DNA of 64,000 nt. It comes from Lingula anatina (lineage: Eukaryota; Animalia; Brachiopoda). The translations under genes and the position numbers were made by a program. The stretch is from NCBI GenBank assembly GCA_051362555.1, contig JBPQGU010000016.1, positions 1-64,000 on the forward strand, in the 5' to 3' direction. This document shows, piece after piece, positions 1-12,000 of the stretch (position 1 is the stretch's first letter; each line of letters starts with the position of its first letter). Under the pieces are notes generated by a model. That model saw only the letters and a list, made by a program, of their open reading frames with translations, was not told the DNA's origin and ran no database searches.

Positions 1-3000
1 TATGGCAGTTTTCTTCAATTTTGGCCAGGTAGGGATGAAAAATTTTTTTCTTCAATATTGTGTCAGGTGTGTGTGTTTGGTCATTTGTAGTGAGGGTAAA
101 GTGCTGGAAGAGTGATTGTGTCATTATTTAGGAAGAAATAGAGCAAAAACTCTCTCCACCCCCCCTCTCTCCAAATCCTGTTCTCAGGTGTGCTTTCTGG
201 CAATCTTTAAAGCTGAAATTGGGGGCTTTAATGAAGTGACCCGGGCGCGTTTCCACATTTTTTATGAATGTCAGGTGTGGTAAATTAATTTTCATCACTT
301 TTTGGAAAAATTGGTGACGGGTCATTTTTGGGTGATTTTGAGAGATTTTCGTAAGGTCCGGATATGGCAGTTTTCTTCAATTTTGGCCAGGTAGGGATGA
401 AAAAATTTTTTCTTTAATATTGTGTCAGGTGTGTGTGTTTGGTCATTTGTAGTGAGGGTAAAGTGCTGGAAGAGTGATTGTGTCATTATTTAGGAAGAAA
501 TAGAGCAAAAACTCTCTCCACCCCCCCTCTCTCCAAATCCTGTTCTCAGGTGTGCTTTCTGGCAATCTTTAAAGCTGAAATTGGGGGCTTTAATGAAGTG
601 ACCCGGGCGTGTTTCCACATTTTTTATGAATGTCAGGTGTGGTAAATTAATTTTCATCACTTTTTGGAAAAATTGGTGACGGGTCATTTTTGGGTGATTT
701 TGAGAGATTTTCGTAAGGTCCGGATATGGCAGTTTTCTTCAATTTTGGCCAGGTAGGGATGAAAAATTTTTTTCTTCAATATTGTGTCAGGTGTGTGTGT
801 TTGGTCATTTGTAGTGAGGGTAAAGTGCTGGAAGAGTGATTGTGTCATTATTTAGGAAGAAATAGAGCAAAAACTCTCTCCACCCCCCCTCTCTCCAAAT
901 CCTGTTCTCAGGTGTGCTTTCTGGCAATCTTTAAAGCTGAAATTGGGGGCTTTAATGAAGTGACCCGGGCGCGTTTCCACATTTTTTATGAATGTCAGGT
1001 GTGGTAAATTAATTTTCATCACTTTTTGGAAAAATTGGTGACGGGTCATTTTTGGGTGATTTTGAGAGATTTTCGTAAGGTCCGGATATGGCAGTTTTCT
1101 TCAATTTTGGCCAGGTAGGGATGAAAAATTTTTTTCTTCAATATTGTGTCAGGTGTGTGTGTTTGGTCATTTGTAGTGAGGGTAAAGTGCTGGAAGAGTG
1201 ATTGTGTCATTATTTAGGAAGAAATAGAGCAAAAACTCTCTCCACCCCCCCTCTCTCCAAATCCTGTTCTCAGGTGTGCTTTCTGGCAATCTTTAAAGCT
1301 GAAATTGGGGGCTTTAATGAAGTGACCCGGGCGCGTTTCCACATTTTTTATGAATGTCAGGTGTGGTAAATTAATTTTCATCACTTTTTGGAAAAATTGG
1401 TGACGGGTCATTTTTGGGTGATTTTGAGAGATTTTCGTAAGGTCCGGATATGGCAGTTTTCTTCAATTTTGGCCAGGTAGGGATGAAAAATTTTTTTCTT
1501 CAATATTGTGTCAGGTGTGTGTGTTTGGTCATTTGTAGTGAGGGTAAAGTGCTGGAAGAGTGATTGTGTCATTATTTAGGAAGAAATAGAGCAAAAACTC
1601 TCTCCACCCCCCCTCTCTCCAAATCCTGTTCTCAGGTGTGCTTTCTGGCAATCTTTAAAGCTGAAATTGGGGGCTTTAATGAAGTGACCCGGGCGCGTTT
1701 CCACATTTTTATGAATGTCAGGTGTGGTAAATTAATTTTCATCACTTTTTGGAAAAATTGGTGACGGGTCATTTTTGGGTGATTTTGAGAGATTTTCGTA
1801 AGGTCCGGATATGGCAGTTTTCTTCAATTTTGGCCAGGTAGGGATGAAAAATTTTTTTCTTCAATATTGTGTCAGGTGTGTGTGTTTGGTCATTTGTAGT
1901 GAGGGTAAAGTGCTGGAAGAGTGATTGTGTCATTATTTAGGAAGAAATAGAGCAAAAACTCTCTCCACCCCCCCTCTCTCCAAATCCTGTTCTCAGGTGT
2001 GCTTTCTGGCAATCTTTAAAGCTGAAATTGGGGGCTTTAATGAAGTGACCCGGGCGCGTTTCCACATTTTTTATGAATGTCAGGTGTGGTAAATTAATTT
2101 TCATCACTTTTTGGAAAAATTGGTGACGGGTCATTTTTGGGTGATTTTGAGAGATTTTCGTAAGGTCCGGATATGGCAGTTTTCTTCAATTTTGGCCAGG
2201 TAGGGATGAAAAATTTTTTTCTTCAATATTGTGTCAGGTGTGTGTGTTTGGTCATTTGTAGTGAGGGTAAAGTGCTGGAAGAGTGATTGTGTCATTATTT
2301 AGGAAGAAATAGAGCAAAAACTCTCTCCACCCCCCCTCTCTCCAAATCCTGTTCTCAGGTGTGCTTTCTGGCAATCTTTAAAGCTGAAATTGGGGGCTTT
2401 AATGAAGTGACCCGGGCGCGTTTCCACATTTTTTATGAATGTCAGGTGTGGTAAATTAATTTTCATCACTTTTTGGAAAAATTGGTGACGGGTCATTTTT
2501 GGGTGATTTTGAGAGATTTTCGTAAGGTCGGGATATGGCAGTTTTCTTCAATTTTGGCCAGGTAGGGATGAAAAATTTTTTTCTTCAATATTGTGTCAGG
2601 TGTGTGTGTTTGGTCATTTGTAGTGAGGGTAAAGTGCTGGAAGAGTGATTGTGTCATTATTTAGGAAGAAATAGAGCAAAAACTCTCTCCACCCCCCCTC
2701 TCTCCAAATCCTGTTCTCAGGTGTGCTTTCTGGCAATCTTTAAAGCTGAAATTGGGGGCTTTAATGAAGTGACCCGGGCGCGTTTCCACATTTTTTATGA
2801 ATGTCAGGTGTGGTAAATTAATTTTCATCACTTTTTGGAAAAATTGGTGACGGGTCATTTTTGGGTGATTTTGAGAGATTTTCGTAAGGTCCGGATATGG
2901 CAGTTTTCTTCAATTTTGGCCAGGTAGGGATGAAAAATTTTTTTCTTCAATATTGTGTCAGGTGTGTGTGTTTGGTCATTTGTAGTGAGGGTAAAGTGCT

Positions 3001-6000
3001 GGAAGAGTGATTGTGTCATTATTTAGGAAGAAATAGAGCAAAAACTCTCTCCACCCCCCCTCTCTCCAAATCCTGTTCTCAGGTGTGCTTTCTGGCAATC
3101 TTTAAAGCTGAAATTGGGGGCTTTAATGAAGTGACCCGGGCGCGTTTCCACATTTTTTATGAATGTCAGGTGTGGTAAATTAATTTTCATCACTTTTTGG
3201 AAAAATTGGTGACGGGTCATTTTTGGGTGATTTTGAGAGATTTTCGTAAGGTCGGGATATGGCAGTTTTCTTCAATTTTGGCCAGGTAGGGATGAAAAAT
3301 TTTTTTCTTCAATATTGTGTCAGGTGTGTGTGTTTGGTCATTTGTAGTGAGGGTAAAGTGCTGGAAGAGTGATTGTGTCATTATTTAGGAAGAAATAGAG
3401 CAAAAACTCTCTCCACCCCCCCTCTCTCCAAATCCTGTTCTCAGGTGTGCTTTCTGGCAATCTTTAAAGCTGAAATTGGGGGCTTTAATGAAGTGACCCG
3501 GGCGCGTTTCCACATTTTTTATGAATGTCAGGTGTGGTAAATTAATTTTCATCACTTTTTGGAAAAATTGGTGACGGGTCATTTTTGGGTGATTTTGAGA
3601 GATTTTCGTAAGGTCCGGATATGGCAGTTTTCTTCAATTTTGGCCAGGTAGGGATGAAAAATTTTTTCTTCAATATTGTGTCAGGTGTGTGTGTTTGGTC
3701 ATTTGTAGTGAGGGTAAAGTGCTGGAAGAGTGATTGTGTCATTATTTAGGAAGAAATAGAGCAAAAACTCTCTCCACCCCCCCTCTCTCCAAATCCTGTT
3801 CTCAGGTGTGCTTTCTGGCAATCTTTAAAGCTGAAATTGGGGGCTTTAATGAAGTGACCCGGGCGCGTTTCCACATTTTTTATGAATGTCAGGTGTGGTA
3901 AATTAATTTTCATCACTTTTTGGAAAAATTGGTGACGGGTCATTTTTGGGTGATTTTGAGAGATTTTCGTAAGGTCCGGATATGGCAGTTTTCTTCAATT
4001 TTGGCCAGGTAGGGATGAAAAATTTTTTCTTCAATATTGTGTCAGGTAGGTGTGTTTGGTCATTTGTAGTGAGGGTAAAGTGCTGGAAGAGTGATTGTGT
4101 CATTATTTAGGAAGAAATAGAGCAAAAACTCTCTCCACCCCCCCTCTCTCCAAATCCTGTTCTCAGGTGTGCTTTCTGGCAATCTTTAAAGCTGAAATTG
4201 GGGGCTTTAATGAAGTGACCCGGGCGCGTTTCCACATTTTTTATGAATGTCAGGTGTGGTAAATTAATTTTCATCACTTTTTGGAAAAATTGGTGACGGG
4301 TCATTTTTGGGTGATTTTGAGAGATTTTCGTAAGGTCCGGATATGGCAGTTTTCTTCAAATTTGGCCAGGTAGGGATGAAAAAATTTTTTCTTCAATATT
4401 GTATCAGGTAGGTGTGTTTGGTCATATGTAGTGAGGGTAAAGTGCTGGAAGAGTGATTGTGTCATTATTTAGGAAGAAATAGAGCAAAAACTCTCTCCAC
4501 CCCCCCTCTCTCCAAATCCTGTTCTCAGGTGTGCTTTCTGGCAATCTTTAAAGCTGAAATTGGTGGCTTTAATGAAGTGACCCAGGCGCGTTTCCACATT
4601 TTTTATGAATGTCAGGTGTGGTAAATTAATTTTCATCACTTTTTGGAAAAATTGGTGACGGGTCATTTTTGGGTGATTTTGAGAGATTTTCGTAAGGTCC
4701 GGATATGGCAGTTTTCTTCAATTTTGGCCAGGTAGGGATGAAAAATTTTTTTCTTCAATATTGTGTCAGGTAGGTGTGTTTGGTCATTTGTAGTGAGGGT
4801 AAAGTGCTGGAAGAGTGATTGTGTCATTATTTAGGAAGAAATAGAGCAAAAACTCTCTCCACCCCCCCTCTCTCCAAATCCTGTTCTCAGGTGTGCTTTC
4901 TGGCAATCTTTAAAGCTGAAATTGGGGGCTTTAATAAAGTGACCCGGGCGTGTTTCCACATTTTTTATGAATGTCAGGTGTGGTAAATTAATTTTCATCA
5001 CTTTTTGGAAAAATTGGTGACGGGTCATTTTTGGGTGATTTTGAGAGATTTTCGTAAGGTCCGGATATGGCAGTATTCTTCAATTTTGGCCAGGTAGGGA
5101 TGAAAAATTTTTTTCTTCAATATTGTGTCAGGTAGGTGTGTTTGGTCATTTGTAGTGAGGGTAAAGTGCTGGAAGAGTGATTGTGTCATTATTTAGGAAG
5201 AAATAGAGCAAAAACTCTCTCCACCCCCCCTCTCTCCAAATCCTGTTCTCAGGTGTGCTTTCTGGCAATCTTTAAAGCTGAAATTGGGGGCTTTAATGAA
5301 GTGACCCAGGCGCGTTTCCACATTTTTTATGAATGTCAGGTGTGGTAAATTAATTTTCATCACTTTTTGGAAAAATTGGTGACGGGTCATTTTTGGGTGA
5401 TTTTGAGAGATTTTCGTAAGGTCCGGATATGGCAGTTTTCTTCAATTTTGGCCAGGTAGGGATGAAAAATTTTTTTCTTCAATATTGTGTCAGGTAGGTG
5501 TGTTTGGTCATTTGTAGTGAGGGTAAAGTGCTGGAAGAGTGATTGTGTCATTATTTAGGAAGAAATAGAGCAAAAACTCTCTCCACCCCCCCTCTCTCCA
5601 AATCCTGTTCTCAGGTGTGCTTTCTGGCAATCTTTAAAGCTGAAATTGGGGGCTTTAATAAAGTGACCCGGGCGTGTTTCCACATTTTTTATGAATGTCA
5701 GGTGTGGTAAATTAATTTTCATCACTTTTTGGAAAAATTGGTGACGGGTCATTTTTGGGTGATTTTGAGAGATTTTCGTAAGGTCCGGATATGGCAGTAT
5801 TCTTCAATTTTGGCCAGGTAGGGATGAAAAATTTTTTTCTTCAATATTGTGTCAGGTAGGTGTGTTTGGTCATTTGTAGTGAGGGTAAAGTGCTGGAAGA
5901 GTGATTGTGTCATTATTTAGGAAGAAATAGAGCAAAAACTCTCTCCACCCCCCCTCTCTCCAAATCCTGTTCTCAGGTGTGCTTTCTGGCAATCTTTAAA

Positions 6001-9000
6001 GCTGAAATTGGGGGCTTTAATGAAGTGACCCGGGCGCGTTTCCACATTTTTTATGAATGTCAGGTGTGGTAAATTAATTTTCATCACTTTTTGGAAAAAT
6101 TGGTGACGGGTCATTTTTGGGTGATTTTGAGAGATTTTCGTAAGGTCCGGATATGGCAGTTTTCTTCAATTTTGGCCAGGTAGGGATGAAAAAATTTTTT
6201 CTTCAATATTGTGTCAGGTAGGTGTGTTTGGTCATTTGTAGTGAGGGTAAAGTGCTGGAAGAGTGATTGTGTCATTATTTAGGAAGAAATAGAGCAAAAA
6301 CTCTCTCCACCCCCCCTCTCTCCAAATCCTGTTCTCAGGTGTGCTTTCTGGCAATCTTTAAAGCTGAAATTGGGGGCTTTAATGAAGTGACCCGGGCGTG
6401 TTTCCACATTTTTTATGAATGTCAGGTGTGGTAAATTAATTTTCATCACTTTTTGGAAAAATTGGTGACGGGTCATTTTTGGGTGATTTTGAGAGATTTT
6501 ACTAAGGATCGGATATGGCAGTATTCTTCAATTTTGGCCAGGTAGGGATGAAAAATTTTTTTCTTCAATATTGTGTCAGGTAGGTGTGTTTGGTCATTTG
6601 TAGTGAGGGTAAAGTGCTGGAAGAGTGATTGTGTCATTATTTAGGAAGAAATAGAGCAAAAACTCTCTCCACCCCCCCTCTCTCCAAATCCTGTTCTCAG
6701 GTGTGCTTTCTGGCAATCTTTAAAGCTGAAATTGGGGGCTTTAATGAAGTGACCCGGGCGCGTTTCCACATTTTTTATGAATGTCAGGTGTGGTAAATTA
6801 ATTTTCATCACTTTTTGGAAAAATTGGTGACGGGTCATTTTTGGGTGATTTTGAGAGATTTTCGTAAGGTCCGGTTATGGCAGATTTCTTCAATTTTGGC
6901 CAGGTAGGGATGAAAAAATTTTTTCTTCAATATTGTGTCAGGTAGGTGTGTTTGGTCATATGTAGTGAGGGTAATGTGCTGGAAGAGTGATTGTGTCATT
7001 ATTTAGGAAGAAATAGAGCAAAAACTCTCTCCACCCCCCCTCTCTCCAAATCCTGTTCTCAGGTGTGCTTTCTGGCAATCTTTAAAGCTGAAATTTGGGG
7101 CTTTAATGAAGTGACCCGGGCGCGTTTCCACATTTTTTATGAATGTCAGGTGTGGTAAATTAATTTTCATCACTTTTTGGAAAAATTGGTGACGGGTCAT
7201 TTTTGGGTGATTTTGAGAGATTTTCGTAAGGTCCAGATATGGCAGTTTTCTTCAATTTTGGCCAGGTAGGGATGAAAAATTTTTTTCTTCAATATTGTGT
7301 CAGGTAGGTGTGTTTGGTCATTTGTAGTGAGGGTAAAGTGCTGGAAGAGTGATTGTGTCATTATTTAGGAAGAAATAGAGCAAAAACTCTCCCCCACCCC
7401 CCCTCTCTCCAAATCCTGTTCTCAGGTGTGCTTTCTGGCAATCTTTAAAGCTGAAATTGGGGGCTTTAATGAAGTGACCCGGGCGCGTTTCCACATTTTT
7501 TATGAATGTCAGGTGTGGTAAATTAATTTTCATCACTTTTTGGAAAAATTGGTGACGGGTCATTTTTGGGTGATTTTGAGAGATTTTCGTAAGGTCCGGA
7601 TATGGCAGTTTTCTTCAATTTTGGCCAGGTAGGGATGAAAAATTTTTTTCTTCAATATTGTGTCAGGTAGGTGTGTTTGGTCATTTGTAGTGAGGGTAAA
7701 GTGCTGGAAGAGTGATTGTGTCATTATTTAGGAAGAAATAGAGCAAAAACTCTCTCCACCCCCCCTCTCTCCAAATCCTGTTCTCAGGTGTGCTTTCTGG
7801 CAATCTTTAAAGCTGAAATTGGGGGCTTTAATGAAGTGACCCGGGCGCGTTTCCACATTTTTTATGAATGTCAGGTGTGGTAAATTAATTTTCATCACTT
7901 TTTGGAAAAATTGGTGACGGGTCATTTTTGGGTGATTTTGAGAGATTTTCGTAAGGTCCGGATATGGCAGTTTTCTTCAATTTTGGCCAGGTAGGGATGA
8001 AAAATTTTTTTCTTCAATATTGTGTCAGGTGTGTGTGTGTTTGGTCATTTGTAGTGAGGGTAAAGTGCTGGAAGAGTGATTGTGTCATTATTTAGGAAGA
8101 AATAGAGCAAAAACTCTCTCCACCCCCCCTCTCTCCAAATCCTGTTCTCAGGTGTGCTTTCTGGCAATCTTTAAAGCTGAAATTGGGGGCTTTAATGAAG
8201 TGACCCGGGCGCGTTTCCACATTTTTTATGAATGTCAGGTGTGGTAAATTAATTTTCATCACTTTTTGGAAAAATTGGTGACGGGTCATTTTTGGGTGAT
8301 TTTGAGAGATTTTCGTAAGGTCCGGATATGGCAGTTTTCTTCAATTTTGGCCAGGTAGGGATGAAAAATTTTTTCTTCAATATTGTGTCAGGTGTGTGTG
8401 TTTGGTCATTTGTAGTGAGGGTAAAGTGCTGGAAGAGTGATTGTGTCATTATTTAGGAAGAAATAGAGCAAAAACTCTCTCCACCCCCCCTCTCTCCAAA
8501 TCCTGTTCTCAGGTGTGCTTTCTGGCAATCTTTAAAGCTGAAATTGGGGGCTTTAATGAAGTGACCCGGGCGCGTTTCCACATTTTTTATGAATGTCAGG
8601 TGTGGTAAATTAATTTTCATCACTTTTTGGAAAAATTGGTGACGGGTCATTTTTGGGTGATTTTGAGAGATTTTCGTAAGGTCCGGATATGGCAGTTTTC
8701 TTCAATTTTGGCCAGGTAGGGATGAAAAAATTTTTTCTTCAATATTGTGTCAGGTAGGTGTGTTTGGTCATATGTAGTGAGGGTAAAGTGCTGGAAGAGT
8801 GATTGTGTCATTATTTAGGAAGAAATAGAGCAAAAACTCTCTCCACCCCCCCTCTCTCCAAATCCTGTTCTCAGGTGTGCTTTCTGGCAATCTTTAAAGC
8901 TGAAATTGGGGGCTTTAATGAAGTGACCCAGGCGCGTTTCCACATTTTTTATGAATGTCAGGTGTGGTAAATTAATTTTCATCACTTTTTGGAAAAATTG

Positions 9001-12000
9001 GTGACGGGTCATTTTTGGGTGATTTTGAGAGATTTTCGTAAGGTCCGGATATGGCAGTTTTCTTCAATTTTGGCCAGGTAGGGATGAAAAATTTTTTTCT
9101 TCAATATTGTGTCAGGTAGGTGTGTTTGGTCATTTGTAGTGAGGGTAAAGTGCTGGAAGAGTGATTGTGTCATTATTTAGGAAGAAATAGAGCAAAAACT
9201 CTCTCCACCCCCCCTCTCTCCAAATCCTGTTCTCAGGTGTGCTTTCTGGCAATCTTTAAAGCTGAAATTGGGGGCTTTAATAAAGTGACCCGGGCGTGTT
9301 TCCACATTTTTTATGAATGTCAGGTGTGGTAAATTAATTTTCATCACTTTTTGGAAAAATTGGTGACGGGTCATTTTTGGGTGATTTTGAGAGATTTTCG
9401 TAAGGTCCGGATATGGCAGTATTCTTCAATTTTGGCCAGGTAGGGATGAAAAATTTTTTTCTTCAATATTGTGTCAGGTAGGTGTGTTTGGTCATTTGTA
9501 GTGAGGGTAAAGTGCTGGAAGAGTGATTGTGTCATTATTTAGGAAGAAATAGAGCAAAAACTCTCTCCACCCCCCTCTCTCCAAATCCTGTTCTCAGGTG
9601 TGCTTTCTGGCAATCTTTAAATCTGAAATTGGGGGCTTTAATGAAGTGACCCGGGCGCGTTTCCACATTTTTTATGAATGTCAGGTGTGGTAAATTAATT
9701 TTCATCACTTTTTGGAAAAATTGGTGACGGGTCATTTTTGGGTGATTTTGAGAGATTTTCGTAAGGTCCGGATATGGCAGTTTTCTTCAATTTTGGCCAG
9801 GTAGGGATGAAAAAATTTTTTCTTCAATATTGTGTCAGGTAGGTGTGTTTGGTCATTTGTAGTGAGGGTAAAGTGCTGGAAGAGTGATTGTGTCATTATT
9901 TAGGAAGAAATAGAGCAAAAACTCTCTCCACCCCCCCTCTCTCCAAATCCTGTTCTCAGGTGTGCTTTCTGGCAATCTTTAAAGCTGAAATTGGGGGCTT
10001 TAATGAAGTGACCCGGGCGTGTTTCCACATTTTTTATGAATGTCAGGTGTGGTAAATTAATTTTCATCACTTTTTGGAAAAATTGGTGACGGGTCATTTT
10101 TGGGTGATTTTGAGAGATTTTACTAAGGATCGGATATGGCAGTATTCTTCAATTTTGGCCAGGTAGGGATGAAAAATTTTTTTCTTCAATATTGTGTCAG
10201 GTAGGTGTGTTTGGTCATTTGTAGTGAGGGTAAAGTGCTGGAAGAGTGATTGTGTCATTATTTAGGAAGAAATAGAGCAAAAACTCTCTCCACCCCCCCT
10301 CTCTCCAAATCCTGTTCTCAGGTGTGCTTTCTGGCAATCTTTAAAGCTGAAATTGGGGGCTTTAATGAAGTGACCCGGGCGCGTTTCCACATTTTTTATG
10401 AATGTCAGGTGTGGTAAATTAATTTTCATCACTTTTTGGAAAAATTGGTGACGGGTCATTTTTGGGTGATTTTGAGAGATTTTCGTAAGGTCCGGATATG
10501 GCAGTTTTCTTCAATTTTGGCCAGGTAGGGATGAAAAATTTTTTTCTTCAATATTGTGTCAGGTAGGTGTGTTTGGTCATTTGTAGTGAGGGTAAAGTGC
10601 TGGAAGAGTGATTGTGTCATTATTTAGGAAGAAATAGAGCAAAAACTCTCTCCACCCCCCCTCTCTCCAAATCCTGTTCTCAGGTGTGCTTTCTGGCAAT
10701 CTTTAAAGCTGAAATTGGGGGCTTTAATAAAGTGACCCGGGCGTGTTTCCACATTTTTTATGAATGTCAGGTGTGGTAAATTAATTTTCATCACTTTTTG
10801 GAAAAATTGGTGACGGGTCATTTTTGGGTGATTTTGAGAGATTTTACTAAGGTCCGGATATGGCAGTATTCTTCAATTTTGGCCAGGTAGGGATGAAAAA
10901 TTTTTTTCTTCAATATTGTGTCAGGTAGGTGTGTTTGGTCATTTGTAGTGAGGGTAAAGTGCTGGAAGAGTGATTGTGTCATTATTTAGGAAGAAATAGA
11001 GCAAAAACTCTCTCCACCCCCCCCTCTCTCCAAATCCTGTTCTCAGGTGTGCTTTCTGGCAATCTTTAAAGCTGAAATTGGGGGCTTTAATAAAGTGACC
11101 CGGGCGTGTTTCCACATTTTTTATGAATGTCAGGTGTGGTAAATTAATTTTCATCACTTTTTGGAAAAATTGGTGACGGGTCATTTTTGGGTGATTTTGA
11201 GAGATTTTACTAAGGTCCGGATATGGCAGTATTCTTCAATTTTGGCCAGGTAGGGATGAAAAATTTTTTTCTTCAATATTGTGTCAGGTAGGTGTGTTTG
11301 GTCATTTGTAGTGAGGGTAAAGTGCTGGAAGAGTGATTGTGTCATTATTTAGGAAGAAATAGAGCAAAAACTCTCTCCACCCCCCCTCTCTCCAAATCCT
11401 GTTCTCAGGTGTGCTTTCTGGCAATCTTTAAAGCTGAAATTGGGGGCTTTAATGAAGTGACCCGGGCGCGTTTCCACATTTTTTATGAATGTCAGGTGTG
11501 GTAAATTAATTTTCATCACTTTTTGGAAAAATTGGTGACGGGTCATTTTTGGGTGATTTTGAGAGATTTTCGTAAGGTCCGGATATGGCAGTTTTCTTCA
11601 ATTTTGGCCAGGTAGGGATGAAAAAATTTTTTCTTCAATATTGTGTCAGGTAGGTGTGTTTGGTCATTTGTAGTGAGGGTAAAGTGCTGGATGAGTGATT
11701 GTGTCATTATTTAGGAAGAAATAGAGCAAAAACTCTCTCCACCCCCCCTCTCTCCAAATCCTGTTCTCAGGTGTGCTTTCTGGCAATCTTTAAAGCTGAA
11801 ATTGGGGGCTTTAATGAAGTGACCCGGGCGTGTTTCCACATTTTTTATGAATGTCAGGTGTGGTAAATTAATTTTCATCACTTTTTGGAAAAATTGGTGA
11901 CGGGTCATTTTTGGGTGATTTTGAGAGATTTTACTAAGGATCGGATATGGCAGTATTCTTCAGTTTTGGCCAGGTAGGGATGAAAAATTTTTTTCTTCAA

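Noticed and set aside
205-212. CTTTAAAG palindrome as a head-to-tail Kolobok/piggyBac (TTAA) MITE junction
   Set aside because: The flanks (AGCTGAAATT versus reverse-complement AGATTGCCAG) do not form terminal inverted repeats beyond AG.
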